Shown: positions 9,857 through 22,693, counted from the stretch's first letter. The stretch is DNA of 64,000 nt from an uncultured bacterium (GCA_963786935.1 CAWBAN010000001.1:800001-864000); one strand, 5' to 3'. Notes: generated by a model not told the origin, from the sequence alone. Numbers and translations: made by a program.

Positions 9857-10575
9857 GCAATAACGAAAACGGAACCATTTACGGCGCATTCGACCAGGAG
9901 AGCCCCATGGCCACCGAGATGCGGCGGCTCTATTCGAATATCCGGCACGGGCACGGGAAGCCCGATCTACGGAGCTTTCTCGTGACGAGCGCCCATCGCG
10001 GAGAGGGAAAGAGCACGATCGCGTCTCACCTTGCCCTCACGGTCGCGCGTTTCAAGGGGAAGAAATCGCTCATCGTCGACGCCGACCTCAGACGTCCGCG
10101 GCTCCACCAGGTGTTCGGCGTGGCGAAGGAGCCGGGGCTGCGTGAATGCCTCGAGGGGAAGATGGATCCGCTCGCCGTGGTGAAAGACACGCCCGTCGCG
10201 AACCTGAAGGTGATACCGGCGGGGGCGAAGATCGATTCCCCCGCGCATCTTTTCGAGGGGGGCATTCTCTCGGAGATCTTCAAGAAGATACGCTTCCATT
10301 ACGACATCGTGATCGTCGATTCGGCGCCGGTTATCCCCGTGAGCGATCCGATGCTCATTTCGAGCGAGGTGGACGGCGTCATCCTCGTGATTCTCGCGGG
10401 CAAGACGCCGCGCAACGTCGCGACGCGCGCGCGTGATATCCTGCTCGACGCGAATGCGAACGTGCTCGGCGCCGTCGTCAATAACCTCTCTGAAGTGCTT
10501 CCGTACTACTACGACTATAAATACTACGGGTATCGCGAACAATATGATGTCAAGAAATCCGGAGGAGGCGCGTGA
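9853..10575 (+). CDS. CpsD/CapB-family tyrosine kinase
   Basis: TSAHRGEGKST, DADLRRP, IVDSAP, C-terminal Tyr cluster YYYDYKYYGY. Confidence 0.95.
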   Translation: MSNNENGTIYGAFDQESPMATEMRRLYSNIRHGHGKPDLRSFLVTSAHRGEGKSTIASHLALTVARFKGKKSLIVDADLRRPRLHQVFGVAKEPGLRECLEGKMDPLAVVKDTPVANLKVIPAGAKIDSPAHLFEGGILSEIFKKIRFHYDIVIVDSAPVIPVSDPMLISSEVDGVILVILAGKTPRNVATRARDILLDANANVLGAVVNNLSEVLPYYYDYKYYGYREQYDVKKSGGGA

Positions 10576-10603
10576 GCGAATCCGTTCCGGCCAGGTGAGG
10601 AAT

Positions 10604-11707
10604 ATGGCGCAAAGATTTCTCGGCTGCTTGGTGATCATCGCCGTCTTCTGGACGCCGGCGGGGGCGCTCGGCGGGCAGCAAACGGGCGATTCCGCATGCG
10701 TTCGCATCTCGGGAAGCGAGCCGGGCGTGCTCGTGTCGCTCTCTCGCGAGTACACGGTAGCCGGCGTTCTGCCGGTTTCGTTCTGCGATCTCGAGCGCGA
10801 GACGGCGTACCGGCTGGTTCTCGACGGCGCGGGCTTCGAGCGGCGGATCGGGTCGTTCTCGATCGTGGATGGAGTGCCGCGCGTCAGCGGCCTTCGAGCG
10901 GCCATGGCGGGGAAGAACCTCGTTCTGCCGGGCTGGGGCTCGACGAGCGCGGGAAGGTTCCCCGCGGGCTTGATCGACGGTATTGGCATCGCCGCCTCTC
11001 TCGGCTGGCTGCTCTACGAGGAGACGGAATACCGCGACTTGGAGGATGGCTACGAGGATCTGAGCGACCGGTACGCGCGCGCGGAAACCTGGAAGGAGAA
11101 GGCCCGGCTCCAGGAATCCCTTCATGAAGCCTCGCGCGAGCTGAATATCCAGAACGACCAGCGCACGCGTCTCGCCGCCGTCGCGGGTGTGTTGTACGGC
11201 TGGCAGATCATCGAGCCGCTTCTTCTCGACAATCCGCCGAAATCGCTCGGCGGACCTGCGGCGGGGGATCTCACGCTCAGCGGAGCGCACGAGTCGCGGG
11301 CAAAGGCCTTCATCTATTCGCTGCTCCGGCCCGGACGGGGGCAATTCTATCAAGGAAAAACGGGGCGCGGCGTCTTTTTCTCGGTGACGACGCTCGCCGC
11401 GGGATTCGTGGCGCTCGAATATCAAACGGAGTACGAATTCGCCGCGAACGACTACGAGATTTGCGTGGAGCGCTTCGATTCGGCGGACGACATATCGGAG
11501 CAGGAGAGACTCATGAGCGATGCGGAGCGATACTGGGACCACGTCGAGCACGAAAAAGCGCGAAGGGATATGTCGTTTATCGTGCTCGCCGGGCTCTGGG
11601 GATGGAACGTGATCGATACGTTCTTTCCCGCCGAGCAGCGCGTATCGAGCGGGAACTATTCGTTCGATATCGATGCGCGCGGCGCGTACGTGACGATGAG
11701 ATTCTAA
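10604..11707 (+). CDS. Exported hypothetical protein with a duplicated PGxG membrane module
   Basis: Signal peptide; two repeats (LVLPGWG / LLRPGRGQFY); terminal beta-strand ending in Phe. Confidence 0.75.
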   Translation: MAQRFLGCLVIIAVFWTPAGALGGQQTGDSACVRISGSEPGVLVSLSREYTVAGVLPVSFCDLERETAYRLVLDGAGFERRIGSFSIVDGVPRVSGLRAAMAGKNLVLPGWGSTSAGRFPAGLIDGIGIAASLGWLLYEETEYRDLEDGYEDLSDRYARAETWKEKARLQESLHEASRELNIQNDQRTRLAAVAGVLYGWQIIEPLLLDNPPKSLGGPAAGDLTLSGAHESRAKAFIYSLLRPGRGQFYQGKTGRGVFFSVTTLAAGFVALEYQTEYEFAANDYEICVERFDSADDISEQERLMSDAERYWDHVEHEKARRDMSFIVLAGLWGWNVIDTFFPAEQRVSSGNYSFDIDARGAYVTMRF

Positions 11708-11726
11708 CGCAACGGAGGTTCTTTCG

Positions 11727-13268
11727 ATGAGAAGGATTGCGGCCTTCGGCATGATGCTGATCCTCGCGGGGATGCTGGCCGGGTGTTTCGAAAGCGTCAC
11801 GGAGGCACCGCTCGAGCTTAGCCTGAGCGATATCGCGCCCCCCGAGGGGCTCATAGCCCTGGTAGGGAACGCCACGGTCACGATCGAATGGCGCTCCGTG
11901 GAGGGTGCGCGCCGGTACCGCGTGTACCGCTCGGTTGACGACGCGAGTCTCTTCGAACGCGTCGCGGAGACGGCGGACACCGCGTACATCGACACGGACG
12001 TTCAGAACGGTCGCCTCTACTTCTACGCGGTTTCCTCGGTGAGCTCGAATAATCTCGAAGGCGCCAGCTCCATCTCTATAGCCGCGTCACCCGCGCTGTA
12101 CGCGGTCGTCGTCAACGGGGGCGCGGCAGTCACAGGATCACGGGAGGTGACGCTCACGCTCACGGCCCCTGAAACGACGGCATATATGAGGATATCGAAC
12201 GATGAAGCGGGAATGCCGGGATCGTACGAGAACTATGCGAGGACCCGCATCTGGCAGCTCGATGAGCCCGACGGGGCGAAAATCGTCTCTGTTCAATTCC
12301 TGGACGCGAGCGGCGCGCTCTCGCCGCTTGTATCTTCATCGATCGTGCTCGACCGCTACGCGATGATCGAGAGCGTCGAGATCACCCCCGCCCCCCGCGT
12401 CTATCAGCCCGGCGCGATCGCGCATTTCAGGATGCGCGTCGAGGGGAACGAGCCGGGAGGCGCGGCGGGCGTGTCGTTCGAGAACTACAGCGGCTCCGTG
12501 AAGCTCTACGACAGCGGAATGGGGGGGGACGCGACGGCGGGGGACGGGATCTACGAAGCGGATTTCACGTTTCCCGAGTCGATCAGGGGAACGGATCTCG
12601 CCGTCGCCGGCTCGTTCGCCGACGCGGCGGGGAACGAGGCGCCCCCGTTCGCGTGCCCGGACCGCATATCGTTCACTGATCCGCCGGCCGCCGTGCAGCT
12701 CATGACCCCCGCCGATTCGTCGATCTCGAGTATCACGATCAGGTGGACCGTATCGGCGGAGGAGCATTTTCAGAGCTACCGCATCTACCGGAGCACGTCG
12801 GCGGGCGTCACGGAATCGCCGGCGCAGTTCGTGCGAGAGCTGTTCAACCAGGCGCAAACGAGTTACCCCGACGGCAGCCTCAAGGAAGGGACGCGCTACT
12901 ACTACCGCGTCTTCGTCGTGAACGATCTCGACGAGACGGCGGGAAGCAACGAGCGCGCGGCCCGTACCTTCGACGCGGTGCCCGATCCCGTGATGCTCGA
13001 CGATCCGTCGAGCGTCGGGACCAACCGGTTGACCCTCACGTGGAGCGGGAGCCCGGCGACCGATTTCCAGGACTACCGGATCTATCGCTCGACGGCGCCC
13101 GGCGTGACGACTGCCTCGGTGCTCGTCGCTACGATCACCGATCGCGAGCGGACGTTCTACGATGATACGGGCCTGGACCTCGCGGGCAGCAACTACTACT
13201 ACCGGGTGTATGTGTTCGACGCGAGCGGCAAGAACGCGAGGAGCAACGAGGTGACGACGGCCCCGTAG
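11727..13268 (+). CDS. Lipoprotein with fibronectin type III repeats and choice-of-anchor-X-like segment
   Basis: Lipobox LAGC; repeated W...YRIYRS...YYYRV motifs; LYDSG..GDATAGDGIY. Confidence 0.85.
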   Translation: MRRIAAFGMMLILAGMLAGCFESVTEAPLELSLSDIAPPEGLIALVGNATVTIEWRSVEGARRYRVYRSVDDASLFERVAETADTAYIDTDVQNGRLYFYAVSSVSSNNLEGASSISIAASPALYAVVVNGGAAVTGSREVTLTLTAPETTAYMRISNDEAGMPGSYENYARTRIWQLDEPDGAKIVSVQFLDASGALSPLVSSSIVLDRYAMIESVEITPAPRVYQPGAIAHFRMRVEGNEPGGAAGVSFENYSGSVKLYDSGMGGDATAGDGIYEADFTFPESIRGTDLAVAGSFADAAGNEAPPFACPDRISFTDPPAAVQLMTPADSSISSITIRWTVSAEEHFQSYRIYRSTSAGVTESPAQFVRELFNQAQTSYPDGSLKEGTRYYYRVFVVNDLDETAGSNERAARTFDAVPDPVMLDDPSSVGTNRLTLTWSGSPATDFQDYRIYRSTAPGVTTASVLVATITDRERTFYDDTGLDLAGSNYYYRVYVFDASGKNARSNEVTTAP

Positions 13269-13489
13269 ACGGGCGCGAATCATCTCTTAATACGCATAAA
13301 CGGTGGGTAATAATGCCCATTGCGAGTCGATAGTCTGGGGGAAATTTCCAAGAAAATGCCGTCATTTCGAGGCGTTTGACGCTGCCGCTTTTCTACCCGT
13401 CGTCGATAATTTCCATAACTGATTATTTTACAATTGACTATTGTTTGCATCTATAGTACAATCTTACCTGGATAAGCGGTCCGAAAATC

Positions 13490-13505
13490 AGGAATAATAA
13501 TTGCG
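13490..13505 (+). promoter_or_regulatory. sigma-54-like promoter upstream of the priming sugar transferase
   Basis: AGGAATAATAATTGCG, GG-N10-GC with TTGC; AT-rich IHF-like tract at ~13416-13428. Confidence 0.6.
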
Positions 13506-13573
13506 TATTGCGGTGTCAAAGCGGCGGAGGTCTATCTACATTTTTCGTTCCGCGCTGATGAAAGGTTTGCATA

Positions 13574-14380
13574 ATGCCGATTTTTCACAGAACCGCCATG
13601 GATAATGCCGGCGAGTATTATTCCTACGGGAAGGGGCTCGATCCGCTCGCGGAGTATATCGCCGATCAGGCGGACGTCATCAAGTACGACAAGGCAGATA
13701 GAATCGGCGGCGTCATTCTCGCGAAGCGCGTCTTCGACATCGCCGTCGCTTCCCTGGCGATGATCGTTGCTTCTCCCGTGATGCTTCTCGCGGCGCTGGT
13801 CATCCGCTTCGATTCGCGCGGACCGATTTTCTTCAAGCAGGAGAGAATCGGCATAAACAAACGGAGAGGCGACCGGCGGCGCTCGATCGCGGCGATCGAA
13901 GGATGCTGCAGGCGCGGCTCGGACCGGCGCCGGGAAATCAACGCCGGCCGACCGTTCATGATCTACAAATTCAGGACGATGATTCAGGACGCCGAGAAGG
14001 GCGGCCCGAAGCTCGCCTGCGCGAACGATCCGAGAATCACGCGCGTCGGGCGGTTCATGCGAAAGACGCGGATCGACGAGATTCCGCAGTTCATCAACGT
14101 GATCCGCGGCGATATGAGCTTCATCGGTCCGCGCCCCGAGCGCTCGTTCTACATCAACCAGGTCAAGCGCGAGGTTCCGGAGTTCACGATGCGTCTCATG
14201 GTGAAGCCGGGCATCACGGGGCTCGCCCAGGTCGAGAACGGCTACACGCAAACGGTCGGCGAGATGAAGGGCAAACTGTTCTACGATCTGAAGTACATCG
14301 CGAATCTCTCGCTGGCGCAGGAGATCCGCATCCTCTTCAAAACGGTCTACGTCGTCGTCACGGGCAAGGGCGCCTGCTGA
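13574..14380 (+). CDS. Priming polyprenyl-phosphate sugar transferase (monotopic PGT)
   Basis: KRVFD, FKQERIG, KFRTM, DPRITRVG, DEIPQ, GDMSFIGPRPE, KPGITGLAQV. Confidence 0.96.
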   Translation: MPIFHRTAMDNAGEYYSYGKGLDPLAEYIADQADVIKYDKADRIGGVILAKRVFDIAVASLAMIVASPVMLLAALVIRFDSRGPIFFKQERIGINKRRGDRRRSIAAIEGCCRRGSDRRREINAGRPFMIYKFRTMIQDAEKGGPKLACANDPRITRVGRFMRKTRIDEIPQFINVIRGDMSFIGPRPERSFYINQVKREVPEFTMRLMVKPGITGLAQVENGYTQTVGEMKGKLFYDLKYIANLSLAQEIRILFKTVYVVVTGKGAC

Positions 14381-14449
14381 CGCATTTCTTTCCCGGCCTC
14401 ACATCGGTCGTTTGAACGCATGCCGCCGAAACGCTCGGGACGGATTGTC

Positions 14450-14479
14450 TTGACCGAATCCGCCGCCGCTCCGTATACT
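14450..14479 (+). promoter_or_regulatory. sigma-70 promoter for the kinase/regulator pair
   Basis: TTGACC-N18-TATACT ending 17 nt before the ATG. Confidence 0.6.
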
Positions 14480-14496
14480 CGATCTTCGGAGCATCT

Positions 14497-16569
14497 ATGA
14501 AGCTATATCGCGATCTCATCGTCATTTCCGCCGGATTTCTCGCGCTGCTCGCGGCGACGCTCGCGTTGCCGGTGTGGCTGTGCGCGGCTTTCGGCTGCCT
14601 CCTCGCCGCGGCGATGATCGCGCACCGTCGAGCCGACCGCCGCCGGAAGCTGGAGGCGATCAACCTCCGGCTCACGAACCTCAGGAGCGAAGGGCTCATC
14701 ATCGAGGAAAAGGCGAAGGGATCGGAAGAAGACCTCTTCTATGCCATGATCATGACGCTTCTCGGCGATCTCGAACGGTCGCTGTTCAAGCTCGTCGAGA
14801 AGAACATCCAGCTTCTCAGCCTCAAGGAAATCGGGCGGACGATCATCAGCTCGCTCGATGAGCATCGCCTCATCGATTCGGTGTTCGAATACCTGAACCG
14901 GGGAATCGGATACAAGGAATCCGCCTTCATCATCCTCCGCAAGAAGAAGAAATCGTTGCAGGCGATCGTGACGATCGAGCGCCCCTCGCGGGTCATCCGC
15001 CGCGTCATCAACCTCGGCTTCGACGATCTCTCCGGCGCCCTGTACGACTCGCTCCTCTCCGGCAAGCCGTTTCTGATCAAGGACGCCGGAATGCATCCGC
15101 TCCCTTCGGTCGGCGGAGAGCAGATGTTCCCGGGGAGCACGATGACCTCGTACATCTGCGTTCCCCTCATGAAATCGACCGAGACGATCAAGTGCTACGG
15201 GGACGAGGACTGTCCGATCGGGAAGACGTCGCGCGCGGGAACAGCCGCGGCAGTGGAGATTCCGTACCTGCGGAGCGAGGAATGCCTCTCGTGCGGCATG
15301 ATTCCGCTCCTCGGCGCGCTCATCGTCACCGACGGGTATCGCGCCACGCAGCTCACGAACATCGACCAGGTGACGCTCGAGACGGTCGGTTCGCTCGTCA
15401 GCTCGAATATGGAAAACTGGTATCTCTACCAGGAGCTCCGCCAGGAGGAGCTCTTCAGGGAGCGCGTGATCGAAGGGATGTTGAACGGCGTCTTCGTCAC
15501 CGACCGCAACGGCGACGTCACGCTCGCGAACCGCGCGGCGCGCGACATGAGCCAGTACAAGCAGCGGCAGATACGGGGGCTCAAGCTCGACGAGGTCATC
15601 ATCGGGGAAGCGACCGGCGGCTCGAAGGGATCGCTCGTGCTGCCGGTGCTCGAGAGCGGCTCGCCGCTGATCCGTCTCGACGGCTACCTGCGGCGCCGGG
15701 ACGGCATGCACATCCCGGTCAGGATGACGGCGTCGGCGCTGCTCGGGGAGGACGGCGAGGTGCAGGGCGCGATCGTCGAGTTCATCGACATGAGCGATAT
15801 CAAGCGCATGGAGGAGGATATCCGGCACCTCGACCGGCTGGCGGTGCTCGGGCGCTTCACGTCCGCGGTCGCGCACGAGATCAGGAATCCGCTCACGGGG
15901 ATCGCCGCCGGGATCCAGTATATCAACCGGTCCCAGGAGCTGAGCGCCGAGCACCGCGAGAACATCTCCTTCATTCTGAACGAGGTCGACCGTCTCAACC
16001 GGATCATCACGGATCTCTTCAAGGTCGCCAAACCCCGCGACCTCCTGTGCCAGAAGATCGGCGTGAGGGATCTCATCGAGCGGAGCCACCGCTCGCTCGC
16101 CGACCTGTTCAAGAACAAGTCGATTGATTTTGCGGTGACCGTCGACGATAATGTTCCCCTGATCGAGGTCGATCCCGACCAGATCACGCAGGTGCTGATC
16201 AACCTGCTCAAGAACGCCGCGGAGGCCGTTCCCCCGAGCGGATCGGTGTCCGCCGCGGGAAGGCTCTACAGCGGGGGCGATCCCGATATCGTGCGGGAGA
16301 AGGATCGGGAATTGGTATGCATCGAGGTCGCCGACAACGGCGGCGGGATCTCCCACGAGGATCGAGAGAAGATATTCGAGCCCTTCTACTCGAGAAAGAA
16401 AGGCGGAACGGGGCTCGGCCTGTTTGTGAGCCAGAGTATCGTGCAGCATCACCACGGACGGATCTCCGTCTCTTCGACGCCGGGCGCCGGAACGTCGTTC
16501 AAGGTGTATCTGCCGATCGCGAGACCGCGGAAGGGAGGATCGAGTGAAACCCGTAGTCCTGCTCGTTGA
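14497..16569 (+). CDS. Sensor histidine kinase (TM, GAF with Cys insert, PAS, HisKA, HATPase)
   Basis: AHEIRNPL H-box, NLLKNA, DNGGG, FEPF, GTGLGL. Confidence 0.95.
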   Translation: MKLYRDLIVISAGFLALLAATLALPVWLCAAFGCLLAAAMIAHRRADRRRKLEAINLRLTNLRSEGLIIEEKAKGSEEDLFYAMIMTLLGDLERSLFKLVEKNIQLLSLKEIGRTIISSLDEHRLIDSVFEYLNRGIGYKESAFIILRKKKKSLQAIVTIERPSRVIRRVINLGFDDLSGALYDSLLSGKPFLIKDAGMHPLPSVGGEQMFPGSTMTSYICVPLMKSTETIKCYGDEDCPIGKTSRAGTAAAVEIPYLRSEECLSCGMIPLLGALIVTDGYRATQLTNIDQVTLETVGSLVSSNMENWYLYQELRQEELFRERVIEGMLNGVFVTDRNGDVTLANRAARDMSQYKQRQIRGLKLDEVIIGEATGGSKGSLVLPVLESGSPLIRLDGYLRRRDGMHIPVRMTASALLGEDGEVQGAIVEFIDMSDIKRMEEDIRHLDRLAVLGRFTSAVAHEIRNPLTGIAAGIQYINRSQELSAEHRENISFILNEVDRLNRIITDLFKVAKPRDLLCQKIGVRDLIERSHRSLADLFKNKSIDFAVTVDDNVPLIEVDPDQITQVLINLLKNAAEAVPPSGSVSAAGRLYSGGDPDIVREKDRELVCIEVADNGGGISHEDREKIFEPFYSRKKGGTGLGLFVSQSIVQHHHGRISVSSTPGAGTSFKVYLPIARPRKGGSSETRSPAR

Positions 16570-17962
16570 CGACGAGGATACGATTCGGCTCTTTCTCGAG
16601 AAGACGCTCCGCGAGGAGGGGTACGAGGCGCTCACCGCCGCGACGGGAACCGAAGCGCTCGAACGCACGAGGGGAGAGCTCCCCGATCTCGTGCTGCTCG
16701 ATCTCAAGCTGCCCGACATGAGCGGGCTCGACGTTCTGCGGCAGATCAAGGAAGAGGTCCCCGAGGTCTGCGTCATCATGCTCACCGCGTTCGGCGACAT
16801 CGAGACGGCGGTGACCGCGATGAAGAAGGGCGCCTTCGATTTCGTGAGCAAGCCGGTCAACCTCGAGGAGCTCCTCCTCACGATCGGCAAGGGGCTCGCT
16901 TCGCGCAAGCTGACGCGCGAGCTCTTCGAGCTGCGTCGGCGGCTGAAGCTCGACGTCGGGGAGGACTACGTTCCGGGCGAGAGCCCGCAGATGAAGGGTA
17001 TCTACGAAATCGTGAAGCGGGTCGCGCAGAGCGACACGACCACGATTCTCATTCAGGGGGAGAGCGGCACGGGCAAGGAAATGATCGCGACGATGATCCA
17101 TCGGTACAGCTCGCGGCGCGATCAGCCGTTTCTCGAGATCAACTGCGCGTCGCTGCCCGAGGAGCTCCTCGAGAGCGAGCTCTTCGGCCACGAGCGGGGC
17201 GCCTTCACCGACGCGAAGAGCCAGAAGGTGGGGCTGCTCGAGCTCGCGAACAAGGGGACCCTCTTCCTCGACGAGATCGGCGAGATGAGCCTCACGATAC
17301 AGGTCAAGCTCCTCCGGGTCCTCGAACGGATGAGCTTCCGGCGCGTCGGCGGGACCAAGGATATCAAGGTGAGCGTCCGGATCATCTCGGCGACGAACAG
17401 CGACCTCGAAGGTGCGGTTCAGCGGAAAACGTTCCGCGAGGATCTCTACTACCGGCTCAAGGTCGTTCCGATATTCATCCCGCCGCTGCGGGAGCGCAAG
17501 GAGGACATCTACCTGCTGCTGCGGCATCTCCTGAACCAGTTCAACAAACAGTTCAACAAGAACTTCGCGGAAATCGAGGACGCCGCATACGACATCATCC
17601 TCAATTATCCGTGGCCCGGCAACATCAGGGAGCTCAAGAACATGGTCGAGCGCGTCGTGCTCCTCGAGGACGACACGGTGCTGCGCGTCGCGCATATTCC
17701 GGCGAGCATCAGGCAGGGGATGTCGTCCGAACGCGAGCTCACGGGCGTCCGGAAGCTCGAGATGGCCCTCAGCAGGCCGTTCCCCGAGGACGGGCTGGAT
17801 TTCGAGACCCTGCTGGGAAGCATCGAACGCGAGATCATCGAAAAGGCGATGCGCGAAGCGGGGGGCAACCAGAGCGGCGCCGCGCGGCTGCTCCGGCTCA
17901 ACCGCGACAAGATCAGGTACCGGCTCAAGAATCCGGAAACGGGGAAGGAAGAGGGGCGCTGA
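16544..17962 (+). CDS. sigma-54-dependent response regulator (NtrC/AtoC family)
   Basis: Receiver domain, GESGTGKE, ESELFGH, GAFTDA, WPGNIREL, Fis-type HTH. Confidence 0.96.
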   Translation: MKPVVLLVDDEDTIRLFLEKTLREEGYEALTAATGTEALERTRGELPDLVLLDLKLPDMSGLDVLRQIKEEVPEVCVIMLTAFGDIETAVTAMKKGAFDFVSKPVNLEELLLTIGKGLASRKLTRELFELRRRLKLDVGEDYVPGESPQMKGIYEIVKRVAQSDTTTILIQGESGTGKEMIATMIHRYSSRRDQPFLEINCASLPEELLESELFGHERGAFTDAKSQKVGLLELANKGTLFLDEIGEMSLTIQVKLLRVLERMSFRRVGGTKDIKVSVRIISATNSDLEGAVQRKTFREDLYYRLKVVPIFIPPLRERKEDIYLLLRHLLNQFNKQFNKNFAEIEDAAYDIILNYPWPGNIRELKNMVERVVLLEDDTVLRVAHIPASIRQGMSSERELTGVRKLEMALSRPFPEDGLDFETLLGSIEREIIEKAMREAGGNQSGAARLLRLNRDKIRYRLKNPETGKEEGR

Positions 17963-17966
17963 AGCG

Positions 17967-18473
17967 ATGCGGCGTTCATGGGGCATTCTGGCCGCCGCGG
18001 CGGTCATCGCGCTCGCGCCGGGGTGCGGCGGATACTACAGCACGAAAGGGCGGTCCGCCGGCGACATCAAGAAGATAGCCGTCCCGAATCTTTCGAACGC
18101 GACGTCGGAGCCCGACGTCGAGATCACGATCACCGAAAACCTGCGGGCCGGGCTCATCAAGGACAACACCCTGAAGGTCGTCGCGGAGCCGGAGGCGGAC
18201 GCGGTTCTCGAGGCCGCCGTCGTCGAGTACCGCAACGTCCCGTACACCTTCAGCACGGAGCTGCAGGCCGATCAGTACCGTCTCACCGTCGTCATTCTCG
18301 CTTCGCTTTTCAACCCGAAGGAAAACGACTACGTCTGGAAGGACCGGAGAATCGAGGCGCGGAGCGAATACTACCTTGAAACGGAAACGGAACGCACCTA
18401 TGATAGGGCGCTCGAAGAAGTGTACAAGGACCTCGTCGAGGGCATCCTGAACGCCACGACGCAGGAATGGTGA
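17967..18473 (+). CDS. lptE: LptE-family lipoprotein
   Basis: Lipobox-like APGC, size and position before holA. Confidence 0.75.
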   Translation: MRRSWGILAAAAVIALAPGCGGYYSTKGRSAGDIKKIAVPNLSNATSEPDVEITITENLRAGLIKDNTLKVVAEPEADAVLEAAVVEYRNVPYTFSTELQADQYRLTVVILASLFNPKENDYVWKDRRIEARSEYYLETETERTYDRALEEVYKDLVEGILNATTQEW

Positions 18474-18476
18474 GCC

Positions 18477-19502
18477 GTGAAGGCGAATCTGACCCATTAC
18501 GTCAAGATATTCAAAGACGTCGACCGGCGCGACATCGTGAGCCTCTACCTGCTCCACGGCTCGGAGGGCTACATCATGGAGCGCATGGCGGAGCGGATCG
18601 CCTCGACGATCGTCCCCGACGACCTCAAGGCGTTCAACTACACGGTCGCGTACGGGAGCGAAATGAAGGTCGACGAATTCATCGCGACCGCCACTTCGTT
18701 CCCGTTTCTCTCCGACTGCCGGGTCCTCATTCTCAGGGAGCTCGAGAGGCTGCGGGGGAGCTGGAAGCGGCTCATCGCGTACTGCGAGAATCCGGTTCCG
18801 TCGAGCGTGGTCATCTTTCTGTACAATCCGTTCGACGAGGGGAAGGGGAGGGCGCGGGAATCCAAGGAGTTCGAGCGGCTCCGGAGCGTCGTGGGCCGGA
18901 ACGGCAAGGAGCTCGCGTTCGAGCGGCTGACCGGCGCCGAGGTGCGGACATGGGTCCGGCAGGAGGCGAAGAGCGCGCGGGTCGAGCTCGACGCCGAGGC
19001 GGTCGACGCCCTCGTCCTGAGCGTCGGGGACGACCTGTTCGATCTCAAGAACGAGATCGGGAAGCTCGGGATCCTCTTCGGCGACCGTCGCGTGGGCGTC
19101 GCCGATCTCTCGGCGGTGATCGGGAGCTACCGACTCAACGCGGTCCGCGATCTCATCGAGAGCATCGAGCCGGGACGGGAGGGGATCGCGCTGGCGATCC
19201 TGCACCGGATCATCCGCAGCGGGGCCGAGCAGCCGGGCGCCATCATCTATCAGCTCACGCGCCACTTCCTCGGTCTCCTCAAGGCGAGCGAGGGGGTGGG
19301 GCAGGGGGGATACCGCTACGACCGCGCGCGGCGGGCGGCGCGGGCCTTCACCGCCCGCGAGATCGTCGTGTGGCTCGAGAACCTGCGCCGCGCGGAGCTC
19401 CTGCTGAAAACGAGCTCTTTCCCCGAGGAGGCGCTTCTCGTCGGCGCGTTCATGCATTCGTTCAAGGGAGCGTACGTGGAATTTCCGCTCGTGACGGCAT
19501 GA
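18477..19502 (+). CDS. holA: DNA polymerase III delta subunit
   Basis: YLLHGSE, FPFLSD.RV, VGDDL..LKNEI.KL. Confidence 0.88.
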   Translation: MKANLTHYVKIFKDVDRRDIVSLYLLHGSEGYIMERMAERIASTIVPDDLKAFNYTVAYGSEMKVDEFIATATSFPFLSDCRVLILRELERLRGSWKRLIAYCENPVPSSVVIFLYNPFDEGKGRARESKEFERLRSVVGRNGKELAFERLTGAEVRTWVRQEAKSARVELDAEAVDALVLSVGDDLFDLKNEIGKLGILFGDRRVGVADLSAVIGSYRLNAVRDLIESIEPGREGIALAILHRIIRSGAEQPGAIIYQLTRHFLGLLKASEGVGQGGYRYDRARRAARAFTAREIVVWLENLRRAELLLKTSSFPEEALLVGAFMHSFKGAYVEFPLVTA

Positions 19503-19542
19503 GCGGCCGAGGGTCCCCGGCACCGCCGGGCGAAGGGGGTAT

Positions 19543-19878
19543 ATGTCGACGAAGGTGATGAAGGTCACGGACGACGAATTTCCCGGACGGATCATCGATT
19601 CGGGAAAGCCGAGCGTCGTCGATTTCTGGGCGACCTGGTGCGGACCGTGCCAGCGGCTCGACGACGTCATCGAGGATATCGCGCAGCGCTACGACGGGAG
19701 GGTCTCCTTCTACCGCGTTGACGTGAACGAATGCGGCGGGACGGCGTCGCGCTTCGCCGTGCGGAGCCTGCCGACGCTCCTCTTCTTCCACGAGGGAGAG
19801 GTCGTCGATCAAGCAATCGGCTCGGTCTCGCGCGAGGATATCGAGGAGAAGCTCGAGAAGCTTCTCCGAACCGCCTGA
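19543..19878 (+). CDS. Thioredoxin
   Basis: DFWATWCGPC, VRSLPTL. Confidence 0.93.
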   Translation: MSTKVMKVTDDEFPGRIIDSGKPSVVDFWATWCGPCQRLDDVIEDIAQRYDGRVSFYRVDVNECGGTASRFAVRSLPTLLFFHEGEVVDQAIGSVSREDIEEKLEKLLRTA

Positions 19879-19929
19879 CGGCGCGTGCCCGGCGTCGCGC
19901 GGCGCCGGGGCGCCGGAGAGGACGTGCCG

Positions 19930-20177
19930 ATGAATGCCGGAAACGGCGATGAAGAGCGCATTGTGGCGCGGGGGCTCAAATCCCCCGGTCCGCTCCTCAT
20001 GGTGAAAAAGCGTCTCAGGGCCCTCGATGCCGGCCGCATCAGGGTCATCGTGTCGAGCAGGGAAGCGGCCGAGGATATCGTCAACTACTTCGAAACGCGA
20101 GGAGCCGCGACCGAGCTCGATCGGGCCGGCGAGGATTATCACGTCATCGTCGATCTGGCGAAGTTCAAGGATACTGA

Positions 20178-20181
<4 letters not shown>
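19930..20181 (+). CDS. TusA/SirA-like protein lacking the catalytic Cys
   Basis: ARGLKSPGPLLMVKK resembles the TusA RGLxCPxP motif; ~83 aa. Confidence 0.7.

Positions 20182-22693
<2,512 letters not shown>

Noticed and set aside
19975..19990. Selenocysteine in the TusA-like protein
   Set aside because: The codon is TCC, not TGA
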